NCBI GenBank assembly: GCA_040397175.1
Contig: JBBAWM010000008.1
Location: forward strand, 1 to 24,844
DNA from: Candidatus Limnocylindrus sp.
GTDB lineage: Bacteria; Chloroflexota; Limnocylindria; Limnocylindrales; Limnocylindraceae
DNA: 24,844 nucleotides
Direction: 5' to 3'
Part shown: positions 8,914 to 17,657 of the stretch, piece by piece
How the letters are laid out: the number at the start of each line of letters is the position of its first letter
Position numbering within the stretch: the first letter of the stretch is position 1
Position numbers and translations under genes: made by a program
Notes under the pieces: generated by a model
What the model saw: the letters and a program-made list of their open reading frames with translations, nothing else
What the model was told of the DNA's origin: nothing
Database searches by the model: none

Positions 8914-9059
8914 TCGGTGCCTGCTCCTGTTTCGACGCGTACCTGTCTGGCACCGCAGAGTTCGTCGGATGGGAGGCCGTGAGTGTGGCACGGAAGTCGG
9001 ACGGTCCGCAATCACCGGTCAAAGGTTCATCCGCATTTCCGACTGGCCCCGCAACGCCC

Positions 9060-9065
9060 TACCCT
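9060..9065 (+). promoter_or_regulatory. Putative SigA -10 box (TACCCT) for a leaderless transcript of the methyltransferase
   Basis: TANNNT hexamer followed by 7 nt and then the ATG at 9073; no SD visible. Confidence 0.4.
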
Positions 9066-9072
9066 GTAGTTC

Positions 9073-9882
9073 ATGGTTGATCTCAGTCTTTACGACACTG
9101 ACAAATCCGAACTCTACCTTTCGCGTTACACACGTGAGTTCGGCCACTTGTTTAACAATAGCGTCGCACTACTTGAACTGGGTGTTCGACGGGGCGGGTC
9201 CTTGCATCTCTGGCGGGATCTATTCCCGCTTGGACAAATTGCGGGGCTGGATCTGAACCCCGTTGATATCGAAGACACTTCGGGTCGTATTCACGTCTAC
9301 CAAGGATTTCAACAAGACACGGTCGTGCTAGACCGCCTCGCTGTAGAAGTCGCACCCAACGGTTTCGATATTGTCATTGACGATGCGTCACATCTAGGCG
9401 AGTACACACGCGAATCCTTCTGGCACTTGTTTCGGCATCACTTAAAGCCGGGGGGAATCTACGTCCTGGACGACTGGGGTTGTGCCTACCGCAGCGACTG
9501 GGCAGACGGTCACAGGTACTCCGGCCCGCGGGAGGCGATAGGCGATTTTCGCAACGTTGTTGCCGCTAGGGATCAAGCGGGGGGGAGTGGGCGTCGCGAG
9601 AGGATCAGACGTTCCGTGCGTGCGGCAGCGCGGCCGATTGCGGCCGAGATTCCTGATAAGTGGCGTCCGCCGTTGGAAAAGATCTTCATGCGCATCGACG
9701 GTGCGACCATTAGGAATCGGTTTTCGAGCCATGACTACGGCATGGCAGGAGTTGTCAAGCAACTCGTAGATGCCGTCTCACAGTCTTCGATTGATCGCGG
9801 ACGCGAGGGCCTCGCCGAAAACGGCATCGAAAGTGTTCATGTCTACGACTCGCAGGTTTTTGTGCATAAGCGGCCGGCATAA
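9073..9882 (+). CDS. Class I SAM-dependent methyltransferase (MycE/TylE-like sugar O-methyltransferase)
   Basis: TDK..YL..Y, LLELGVRRGGSLHLW, FDIVIDDASH and LKPGGIYVLDD motifs; divergent from gmd. Confidence 0.85.
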   Translation: MVDLSLYDTDKSELYLSRYTREFGHLFNNSVALLELGVRRGGSLHLWRDLFPLGQIAGLDLNPVDIEDTSGRIHVYQGFQQDTVVLDRLAVEVAPNGFDIVIDDASHLGEYTRESFWHLFRHHLKPGGIYVLDDWGCAYRSDWADGHRYSGPREAIGDFRNVVAARDQAGGSGRRERIRRSVRAAARPIAAEIPDKWRPPLEKIFMRIDGATIRNRFSSHDYGMAGVVKQLVDAVSQSSIDRGREGLAENGIESVHVYDSQVFVHKRPA

Positions 9883-9912
9883 GCTAGGCCTTCGGCGACC
9901 ACAGGAATTTCG

Positions 9913-10650
9913 TTAGCGCGCTACGAAAGTCCACACCATGGGAGGCGGCGATTCGAACTCGCTCAACGTGTACGGGCCGTCGCCGTTCACGTCGAAAACT
10001 CGCATGCCTGCTCCCGCGAAGATACTGAAGATTTCTGCGGGTTCAATTCCACACTCGCGTGACGCAACAGCACCGTGTTCTAACCACACTATTGGACGGT
10101 GGCGCGACAAAGTTGCCTTCGCGCCCCGAAGTACGTACCCCTCTGCTCCCTCGACATCAATTTTGATTAGCGTTGGTGGGTGGATCAACACATCATCGAG
10201 GGCAACCACAGGCACTTTGATGGGTTCAAGATCCTGATCGCCTTGTTCACGACGGCCTGCCATGCCGCTTTGTGCCAACGTCGATTTGTTGCGCATGAAC
10301 GTCATAGTGCCGGCGGTTTCGCCAACTGCCGCAGAGTAAACCGCGGAGTCGCCAAACTCGAGCGTCAGGGCTTCGGCCAGCTCTGGCAGTGCTTCGAAGG
10401 CGGCATGGTGGCCATTCGGCGCCACCCTCGCCATTTCGCGCAAGAAAACCCCTTTGTGGGCGCCGACATCAACGCCACAGGAGTCTTCACGAAACGTGTA
10501 GTCGATCAGTAGCCGCAGCCGATCGTTGTCTAGACGATCCTGGCGCCAAGTGGGGCGCCGCCATTCGACTACTGCTCTGGCGGGTGCCTCAAGCCGCGTG
10601 CCCTTCAGGTGCTTCCGAAGGGCATCTTCGGCCATTGCAAACGCTCGCAT
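9913..10650 (-). CDS. FkbM family methyltransferase
   Basis: VDVGAHKG, AFEALP, LIKIDVEGAE and PIVWLEH motifs. Alternative start at 10635. Confidence 0.9.
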   Translation of the reverse strand: MRAFAMAEDALRKHLKGTRLEAPARAVVEWRRPTWRQDRLDNDRLRLLIDYTFREDSCGVDVGAHKGVFLREMARVAPNGHHAAFEALPELAEALTLEFGDSAVYSAAVGETAGTMTFMRNKSTLAQSGMAGRREQGDQDLEPIKVPVVALDDVLIHPPTLIKIDVEGAEGYVLRGAKATLSRHRPIVWLEHGAVASRECGIEPAEIFSIFAGAGMRVFDVNGDGPYTLSEFESPPPMVWTFVAR

Positions 10651-10654
10651 TGCA

Positions 10655-10695
10655 CCCCCCCCCTCATCCCCATGGGCAGCATCCCCATGGGCAGC
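10655..10695. repeat. C9 homopolymer (G9 on the minus strand) plus a 15-bp tandem duplication (CATCCCCATGGGCAG x2)
   Basis: C run at 10655-10663; repeat units at 10665-10679 and 10680-10694, each containing the palindrome CCCATGGG. Confidence 0.85.
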
Positions 10696-10766
10696 GTGAC
10701 GTCGCCATCGCTGGACAGACTCTAGCGGATGAAGCGACTACCAAGAGTCAGATAAGGCGCGGGCTG

Positions 10767-10795
10767 GGTTGCCCATTTGGTCCGTTTGGGCAACC
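10767..10795. repeat. 9-bp inverted repeat (possible hairpin or operator)
   Basis: GGTTGCCCA (10767-10775) and TGGGCAACC (10787-10795) with an 11-nt spacer, between the tailspike-like gene and the FkbM gene. Confidence 0.5.
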
Positions 10796-10972
10796 TGAAA
10801 GGGGTCTACTGCAGGAACCCGGTGACCTCTGAGATGGCTTACAGCCGTTACCCAGAGAGTTCCGTGGAGAACTCATGAGCGCGTCGGGATCGGAGCACCA
10901 TGGCGTACCGGCTTGCTATCGACCCACTATCCATCGGGTTTAGGTAAATGCCATCGGTTCTGGTGTTGCGTT

Positions 10973-13195
10973 TCACCATGTCGTTAGCGCTGTCCGCATC
11001 CAGGTGTCCGCGGCCACGCAGATGTAGACGTGGCTGGTGTCCGCCGCCCAGTTTCCGACCAGGCCCGGGGCGTCGGCCTTAGCGGGTACAGCGACTTTAA
11101 CGCCTACTGGTTCGCTCGAAGTTCCGGTGGTGACGATCCCAAACCACACAGTTCCCGTGCTGATGAGCGACAACTGGCCATTGGCACGTCCAAGGCTGGC
11201 GCTGCCCACGATAGCGTCGGAGTCGGAGGGCGTGGCGGTAATCGTGTTTGCGGTCGACACCCTGCCGGACCCATCGATTAGGCAGTACTCCCTACCGACT
11301 GGCACGGCCGAAATCGCTGGTAGGGCAACGGTGCGCGGTGCGCTGATGCTTGTCCATATCAAGACCGAATCCTGAACCGAAGCAGTGACATTGGAATCGG
11401 CCACAGATCGGACGTATTTTGGCAAGGGGCGGTTGGTCCCTCGGCCAGCCGCTTCTGCAACGATTGGAAGATTCTCGACTGCCCAACTATCCCTGTAGGC
11501 GAAAGCTGGTTGGTTTGAGTTGTTCGGTAAGTGGACGGTGAGCCCCTCCCATGTCACCGTGGGAGCCTGACCGGTATTCAGCGACAGAATGGCCGCACCG
11601 AGGTCACGGCCATACGAGTTAGGCGGGTCATAAGACTTAACTCCGCTGGAAGCAGTCCCCCAGTGGACCAGGCCACGAATATTCACAGACGAAGTTGGAA
11701 GGTTGTCCAACACAAGGGCATTGGCGCCCTGGGGAACATCAGTCGGTCTTAAAGCTGTCTCTGGACCGTTATAGCCGTTCCAGTAGACGTTTTCGCCATA
11801 CTCATTTTTCAGATTGGTAATGACAATGCCGGCCCCTAGGGGCGACGCCCCAGGGCCCACCAGGCGCAGGAGACCGCCACTGTTCTGGTCCCCCGAAAGA
11901 GAGTCGAAGTAAACGGTTTCGCCGCTAGCCACCTTGTAGCTGATACCCGGACTACCTGCCCGCTGGACCAAAACGCCTTCGGCGGTCGCGGTCGCAGCCT
12001 GGTTGGTCGTGATCGTCCCCGCTTCAGCATCGACAGTGATAATCACTGAGTCCACTGGAACGCCGGGACCGCACAGGATGTCACCAACTTCCAGCCCAGC
12101 AAAGCTTGAGACATTGGTGATGGCGGCGCTTCCACTCATGGTGTCAGCCGAAAAGACATTTCGGTTCACGTAACCATTGCAGAATGCATAAAGGTCTCGG
12201 AATGTGGCAGTGATGGCTCCGCCCGCGAATTCGAAACCAGCATTCGCGCAACCCATAGCCGCAACTCGTTCGATTGTACCGCCATCAATGATCTTGACTG
12301 CATCACCGGCAGCGTTGCGGAAACTCAGACCGTTACCAGCAGAATTCTCCCAGTCCTGCACGATAGCGAAACCAGAAAGAAATCCATTCCAGTCGTGCTT
12401 ACCACGGACGCGGGCGCAGTCCACGTTTTGATCCCACATCTGATAAAACGCTGTACCACCCGTGTTTTCCGCGCCCCCGAACCTGGCGTAAAGGATGTCG
12501 TAGGAGACCCAATTCTCCGCAGCACCCTTGACCGTTCCTAACCCGGGGAAGATCAACGTCCCCGAGTACATGGCGACACCGTGAGGGAACACTGCGATAC
12601 GGGCCAATCTCCGGTCCCGCCCGGTATACGACAGATCATCGAACAGATAGTTCAACGCGGTCGCGTTGTCGGTTCCAAACATGCAGAAAGTACCCGTCAC
12701 CGTACTCAGGCAGGGTGCTTCAAGAATGGCATAGCCGGCGCCCCACCCGATAATCGTGGTCTTCAGATTTGTTCCAGCCGACCCAGCCCCAACAACCTTG
12801 ATGACCTTCCCAATGTCGGCTTTGCTGAACGTGTAGCCCGAAACAGTCAAATGGGTTGGTTTGAATTTGGAAGACATAGATGCCGATGTGGTCGTATAGC
12901 GATCCATCTTGACGTTGTAGGGAGCTTGGGTGGGGTCGATGTGCAACGGATTTCGGGCAACAAGGTTCCCGCCACTGATCGATGTCTCCTGACCATCAGC
13001 GCCAGAGTTAAGTCTGCCGATCGGCGCTGGCGGCGATGCCCTGTACGGGTCGCTGCAAGCGCCGATGGAGGCTGCAGCGGTACTTGCACCCAAACCTAAG
13101 AGTGGAAGTCTGCGCAATGCCTCACGGCGTGACGGGAGTTTGTCGGAATTGTCGGTCGCGGTCTCGTCGGCTCCGTAGCGATGAAGAAATCCCAC
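10973..13195 (-). CDS. Putative Tat-exported lipoprotein with a pectate-lyase-3-like beta-helix and phage tail-fibre-like C-terminal modules (possible polysaccharide depolymerase or binding protein)
   Basis: SRREAL twin-arginine motif, hydrophobic stretch and IGAC lipobox (Cys47). IDPTQAPYNVKMD...GTDNATALN...VFPHG...TVKG resembles a beta-helix cap. The C-terminus reads VPAKADAPGLVGNWAADTSHVYICVAADTWMRTALTTW. Confidence 0.7.
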   Translation of the reverse strand: MGFLHRYGADETATDNSDKLPSRREALRRLPLLGLGASTAAASIGACSDPYRASPPAPIGRLNSGADGQETSISGGNLVARNPLHIDPTQAPYNVKMDRYTTTSASMSSKFKPTHLTVSGYTFSKADIGKVIKVVGAGSAGTNLKTTIIGWGAGYAILEAPCLSTVTGTFCMFGTDNATALNYLFDDLSYTGRDRRLARIAVFPHGVAMYSGTLIFPGLGTVKGAAENWVSYDILYARFGGAENTGGTAFYQMWDQNVDCARVRGKHDWNGFLSGFAIVQDWENSAGNGLSFRNAAGDAVKIIDGGTIERVAAMGCANAGFEFAGGAITATFRDLYAFCNGYVNRNVFSADTMSGSAAITNVSSFAGLEVGDILCGPGVPVDSVIITVDAEAGTITTNQAATATAEGVLVQRAGSPGISYKVASGETVYFDSLSGDQNSGGLLRLVGPGASPLGAGIVITNLKNEYGENVYWNGYNGPETALRPTDVPQGANALVLDNLPTSSVNIRGLVHWGTASSGVKSYDPPNSYGRDLGAAILSLNTGQAPTVTWEGLTVHLPNNSNQPAFAYRDSWAVENLPIVAEAAGRGTNRPLPKYVRSVADSNVTASVQDSVLIWTSISAPRTVALPAISAVPVGREYCLIDGSGRVSTANTITATPSDSDAIVGSASLGRANGQLSLISTGTVWFGIVTTGTSSEPVGVKVAVPAKADAPGLVGNWAADTSHVYICVAADTWMRTALTTW

Positions 13196-13411
13196 AATTG
13201 TAAGTATGCGCGAGTAGGCGGTTCCTTGCTAATCAAATCGCGGCCCGCATCCACTCGGGACCGCTCCGTTGGGACACTCTAGGAGGCCTTGTCGCATGGC
13301 ATGCTGGTGCGCTAGGCCCTTTCTGGCCGCGGCGTCGGTTGCGCTTGCTAGGCGGATGTGGCCCGACGGTGTGTTCGTGCGCGAAGTGCGCTCCGGTTTT
13401 GGTGGGTTGGT

Positions 13412-13640
13412 TGATGATGCTCATCGAGAGTCGTCAGGTGTGCTTGCCGGGCTTCCACATCTGAGAGCGGTGTGTCAGTGATGTAGTTGGTAGGTTTGGG
13501 TGAGGGTTCGCCAGGATTCCTGCGCCGGCTTGGCGGTCGCGTAGGAAGCTAGGAATCGCTGTCGGGGTTGATGCTGACTGAGTGGTGCAGGAGGCGGTCG
13601 AGTACGGCGGCGGGCGACAATGGTCCCGCCAGGATGTCGC
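13412..13640 (-). mobile_element. istB: Degenerate IS21-family remnant: istB C-terminus plus probable right end
   Basis: The minus strand reads ..AAVLDRLLHHSVSINPDSDS* and then, frameshifted, LRDRQ, matching the IstB C-terminal pattern A.LDRLLHH...I.G.SYR. Downstream, ..GCAAGCACACCTGACGACTCTCGATGAGCATCATCA resembles the repeated ends of actinobacterial IS21 elements and terminates in CA. Confidence 0.7.
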
Positions 13641-13780
13641 TGCGGCATCGCTGGGTGGACCTCCCCCGATTCGCGTAAATGTCCTGAGTAATTTTCGGCT
13701 AGAGCAAGCGCCCTGCGGCATCGCCATTGTGTGAAGTGATTTCGGGGCGGGCCGCCCTACTTGTCGGCCTTCCGGTTGCC

Positions 13781-14662
13781 TCAAGAGACTTCAACCCACG
13801 GTCGATCAGCAATCATTGACCAGTCAGGGAGTTGGTGTTTTGCCCATCGGGAAGTCAGGCATGACTCAACTGAGCTTGCAGTTCGGTGTGGCAACACGTC
13901 GTCGCGGAGAAAGAACGCGTTGGTGTTCTGGCGGTTCGCCCCCACTAATCGGTAACCGCGCTTTTCCAGCAGGCATTCGAATGCGGCAAGGGATGCCCCG
14001 AAAAACCCGTCTCCACGGAATGCCCCACCTTGGGCGGCGAAGTCCGCTTGGTAGGGAATCGTCAGCCTTCGGCCAGCCGGGATCCGGTTGTTGTACTCAA
14101 GCACGATCACTCGCGGCCGGAGTGCGATCGCGTCAAGAATCCAGTAGTCGACGCCATCCATGTCCAGACTTAAGAGATCGATGTCGGTGTCGTAGCCACG
14201 ATCCACCAAGATGCTATTGATGTTGTCTACGGTCACCCATTCTTGGGCGAGGGTCGGACCGATGCGGAACGTTTCTGAGTGTCGGGCATAAAACTCTTTG
14301 CCCTTGGGGATCAGTACAGGATCTCCGTCGAGCATTAGTGCGTCCCAATCGTGGTGAATCACCAGGTTGGCAGTGTTGTTTTGAATGCCGTCCCCGGCGC
14401 ACAACTCAACGGACCGGCGTGAACCGTGACCAGCAAGGCTGAAGAGGTACAAAAGGATGCCATCCTCGCCGTTCTGGCTGTGGTTTCGAAACTCGACATC
14501 GCGGAACGCGAGGTCGGGCTGATTCGCCCAGTTCAGCGAAAGGAGGTGCTGAGTTCCGCGGTCCGCACCGCAGTGATCGGTTGGCAAAAGCATCGCCCTG
14601 CTGACGGCGTTAAGCCCTTTCCGAACAGCAGCCCTAGGGGAGCTCCATCGTGTGTTTGTCAT
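13781..14662 (-). CDS. SAM-dependent methyltransferase-like protein (FkbM-related)
   Basis: SQNGEDGIL, VELCAGDG..NNT, DIDLLSLDMDGVDYWI, RVIVLEYN and NAFF motifs, typical of FkbM-related proteins in glycan loci. Confidence 0.75.
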   Translation of the reverse strand: MTNTRWSSPRAAVRKGLNAVSRAMLLPTDHCGADRGTQHLLSLNWANQPDLAFRDVEFRNHSQNGEDGILLYLFSLAGHGSRRSVELCAGDGIQNNTANLVIHHDWDALMLDGDPVLIPKGKEFYARHSETFRIGPTLAQEWVTVDNINSILVDRGYDTDIDLLSLDMDGVDYWILDAIALRPRVIVLEYNNRIPAGRRLTIPYQADFAAQGGAFRGDGFFGASLAAFECLLEKRGYRLVGANRQNTNAFFLRDDVLPHRTASSVESCLTSRWAKHQLPDWSMIADRPWVEVS

Positions 14663-14761
14663 CGTTGGCGCTGACTTAACTCAAGTGGAATCGGCATAAC
14701 AGTCCATCCCTCTTTGTGTCGTTACTCGGCGTCACTAGTACGAAATGTAACAAGTAGGCGG

Positions 14762-14864
14762 CGCCGGTCTGATCAAGCGTCGGGCGAAGGGCTTCGGCGG
14801 CGGCGTGCAGTTTGAGTTCGGCCAGGGTCAAGCGCAACTGTCGGTAGCAGCTGGCCGCTGCGGA
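14762..14864 (-). pseudogene. istB: IS21-family istB N-terminal remnant
   Basis: SAAASCYRQLRLTLAELKLHAAAEALRPTLDQ matches the N-terminus of actinobacterial IstB (recalled pattern ASRYQQLRSHLAELKL.AAAEALP.VLD). Similarity stops before the Walker A region. Confidence 0.7.
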
Positions 14865-15146
14865 GAACGCGGCTCTGCCGCGATGCGGGTGGTCTTGGGG
14901 GAATGACTCTGTCGCTGTGCGCACCAACGCGGTGACCTCGCCTCATCCGCGGGTCCATTAAGTAGCTGACAATCCGGGCAGCGCACTGGAAAAATTCAGC
15001 GAGCGCCGTCAGGTGCGGTCTCTGAGGTGACCCAAGCTCGGGTGCGGCCGCACAACTTGCCGCACGCCGTTGCCGGTTCTTCAACGGAAAAATGGTTGCA
15101 AGGCCTAGCTATACCACCGACTTTATGTGCATAGCGTTTATTAAGT

Positions 15147-16058
15147 ATGCTGAGGCTCCGAGCGGGCGAAGGTCACACCGGAATGGATAGCGAAATGCGT
15201 AATGCTGAACCCATAACGGGATCGATTACCTACCACGGTGAGGGACCTTTCTGGGACTCAAGATCTGGGCGACTCTTGTGTGTGGATATGCTGTCAGCGG
15301 AAATCCTCGCGATTGATTCAACGGGCAATTTTTCTCGGCACAAGGTGCCGAGCCGCGCGGCGACCGTCATTCGCCGTCGAGCATCTGGTGGTTTTGTTAT
15401 CGCCACAGAACGTGACCTAATCGGGTCTGATGAGGACTTCTCGGTCTTCGACTTGATCGCGGACATTAGACCCGCAAATGGCTGTCGGACTAATGATGGA
15501 GCATGCGACCCATTTGGGGGCTTCGTAATCGGCACCATGGCTTACGACGAGCGAGCCGGTGGGGGTGCTGTATATCGTATTGCTCCCGACCACCAGGTCC
15601 GTGAGATTCTTGCCCCAGTGTCGATTTCGAACGGATTGCAATGGTCCGCAGACGGCGCGCGTGCGTACCATGTCGATACACCTACCCGGTGCGTTGACGT
15701 ATTCCGAATCGATCCAGAGAGCGGTTCGTGGTTTGACAGGCGTACCCACATCCGGATTGAAGGCTCCTCAGGATACCCAGACGGTATGGCGATCGATGAA
15801 GAGGATGGGCTCTGGATAGCGCTGTGGGCTGGCGGCGTCATTCAACACTATGACGCGGCCGGCAGACTGGTCGAAGAAATTGCAGTGCCAACTGTGACCC
15901 AGCCTAGTTCGTGCGCGTTTGGCGGCGACGATGGCAACATTCTTTATATAACCACGTCACGTCAGGGATTGGCGGATCGCGATCAACCCCTTGCTGGGTC
16001 CCTATTTGCTTTCTGCACTCAATCACGGGGCGCGGAAGTTTGGCAGTTTGGCGGCTGA
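15147..16058 (+). CDS. SMP-30/gluconolactonase/LRE family protein
   Basis: HGEGPFWD, RTNDG.CD, SNGLQWS.DG, PDGMAID, SCAFGG and LYITT motifs. The true start may be ATG 15183 or 15195. Confidence 0.9.
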   Translation: MLRLRAGEGHTGMDSEMRNAEPITGSITYHGEGPFWDSRSGRLLCVDMLSAEILAIDSTGNFSRHKVPSRAATVIRRRASGGFVIATERDLIGSDEDFSVFDLIADIRPANGCRTNDGACDPFGGFVIGTMAYDERAGGGAVYRIAPDHQVREILAPVSISNGLQWSADGARAYHVDTPTRCVDVFRIDPESGSWFDRRTHIRIEGSSGYPDGMAIDEEDGLWIALWAGGVIQHYDAAGRLVEEIAVPTVTQPSSCAFGGDDGNILYITTSRQGLADRDQPLAGSLFAFCTQSRGAEVWQFGG

Positions 16059-16059
16059 T

Positions 16060-16097
16060 GGAAAATTTTCCTTGAGGGTTTTAACCCGTGCTACAAT
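16060..16097 (+). promoter_or_regulatory. Putative promoter: palindrome GGAAAATTTTCC, inverted repeat GGGTT-TT-AACCC and extended -10 TGcTACAAT
   Basis: Palindrome at 16060-16071, inverted repeat at 16076-16087, and TACAAT at 16092-16097 preceded by TG. Confidence 0.45.
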
Positions 16098-16223
16098 CGC
16101 CGACCGAATCTAAAAAATGCTTGTGTAGTTGACGCCATTAAGAACAATACATCCAGAAAATTACGCGAATTCAGTCTCGCGTCCCGAAGGGAATGGGTCG
16201 GAAGTGTTGAAACTGCTCCTGCC

Positions 16224-17522
16224 TTGGCGCCAACCGATTACAGCTCAGATTGTTTGGATTTGGTCGTTAAGCGCGACCGCGCGCAGGTCGGGATTCGGGA
16301 AGCGCGCCTCCCCAGCCAGTGTGGTGCGGTGAGACGCTATTCGTATCCGCTCCATCGTCGGGCGGTCCGCGGCGCGCGCCGCTGGTTTAACTTGACGACA
16401 GAAGCTTTTCGACGACCAATTCGTCGACACGAAATCCTCCTTGTCACTGGGGGTGCGTCACGGGCCAAGATTCAAATGGTCGAACTCCGCCTTAAATTCA
16501 TCCTAGAACATATAGAGCAGAAGTTCGATGTTAAGTACGCCAAGATCGCCCCACTGCGGGCATACTTGCGATTCGCAGCGCTCGTCGCGGCTGACTCTAC
16601 GGCCGTCCCAGACTTTGTTCTCAAACATCTCTCATGGGCCTACGACTTGGACTTTGAGACTAACAAAACCGACGGCTGGACGGCTATGGAATTGGGAACC
16701 TTGCTGAATCAACAGTCCGGAATTAAGCCGGCCGAGGCCGCGGCTCGCCGTAGGTTAGATGAGCGCGTTCGTCAGCTAAAGGCCTGTGGAATGCGGCCTG
16801 CATACATTTTCGGAACTGGGCCATCCCTACAACTAGCAGCTGAGCGCTCGTTCGCTGATGGGATTACGATTGTCTGTAATACAATCGTCCGAGATGCTGA
16901 ATTATGGCACCATCTCTCGCCCGCATTCCTTACAGCTGGCGATGCGATTTATCATTTCGGTGGTAATGCGCATGCGAGGGCTTTTCGCGCCGATGCGTTA
17001 TTACGACTCGTGGAGTCAAATGGCAGTACATTGTTTGTGTACCCGTCTATGTTTGACGTAATCGTTCGCCCCGAATTCCGCGATGTGGAGGCACTTCTGA
17101 TACCGATTCCGTGGGGAGAACATACGGATGTGACTGTAGATCTGACTGACCGCTTCAGCCTTCCATGCGCCGAGAATGTTCTCAACGCATTGCTCCTTCC
17201 GTTAGCGTGCACGGTCAGTAGCGATATCCGTCTATGGGGATTCGATGGCCGCGGACCCACCGATACCGGATTTTGGGCAAATTCTCATAAACATGCTTAT
17301 CCCGAATTGATGCAGTCTCTCCGTGACGACCACCCGGCCTTTTTTGCGGAGTCGATACCTAGAGGTAGGGAAATAGAATATGCCCAACGCGTGCACGGCG
17401 ATCTACTGGAAGAACGGCTAACCGACGCGGAGAACCGCGGCATTCGCTTCCGGATGCTGCATCAGTCCTGGACGCCGACCTTAGCAAAACGGTATCGGGC
17501 AACCGAGCCAGAATCGCGATAA
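16224..17522 (+). CDS. DUF115/Maf-like protein with GT42-like motifs; putative CMP-sugar-acid transferase
   Basis: AYIFGTGPSL (GxGPSL), TIVCN and IRLWGFDG motifs of DUF115/MAF_flag10 and CstII-like folds. The start is uncertain (TTG 16224, TTG 16392 or ATG 16477). Confidence 0.65.
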   Translation: MAPTDYSSDCLDLVVKRDRAQVGIREARLPSQCGAVRRYSYPLHRRAVRGARRWFNLTTEAFRRPIRRHEILLVTGGASRAKIQMVELRLKFILEHIEQKFDVKYAKIAPLRAYLRFAALVAADSTAVPDFVLKHLSWAYDLDFETNKTDGWTAMELGTLLNQQSGIKPAEAAARRRLDERVRQLKACGMRPAYIFGTGPSLQLAAERSFADGITIVCNTIVRDAELWHHLSPAFLTAGDAIYHFGGNAHARAFRADALLRLVESNGSTLFVYPSMFDVIVRPEFRDVEALLIPIPWGEHTDVTVDLTDRFSLPCAENVLNALLLPLACTVSSDIRLWGFDGRGPTDTGFWANSHKHAYPELMQSLRDDHPAFFAESIPRGREIEYAQRVHGDLLEERLTDAENRGIRFRMLHQSWTPTLAKRYRATEPESR

Positions 17523-17657
17523 CAGGCTTTACGTGAGGAGTGCGAACCAACTACCTGTGCAAATCTGGCAATCTGCGCGATGCTAATTGCGACCGCCGAA
17601 AATTTTGCGCAACTTACCCGTGCCCGCGTAGGATGATGATCTGAAACTCTAGGAGAC

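Noticed and set aside
10665-10694. Tandem 15-mer as a CRISPR or MIRU-like array
   Set aside because: Only two adjacent copies, no spacers and no cas genes. No CRISPR, tRNA or rRNA was seen anywhere in the window.
10973-13195. Prophage
   Set aside because: Only one tail-like gene, which carries a bacterial export signal. No integrase, terminase, capsid or lysis genes are present.
13200-13411. Unassigned intergenic segment as an ncRNA or another IS fragment
   Set aside because: No recognisable structure, repeat or protein motif.
13434-13784. 116-aa ORF, and the 83-aa ORF at 14676-14927, as functional small proteins
   Set aside because: They are better explained as read-through of decayed istB sequence with stops and frameshifts.
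14870-15100. Possible istA C-terminal remnant or IS21 left end
   Set aside because: The position fits, but I could not recognise a convincing motif by eye; this needs an alignment.
16129-16332. 67-aa ORF as a frameshifted N-terminus of the DUF115 gene
   Set aside because: No motif or slippage site supports joining the two frames.
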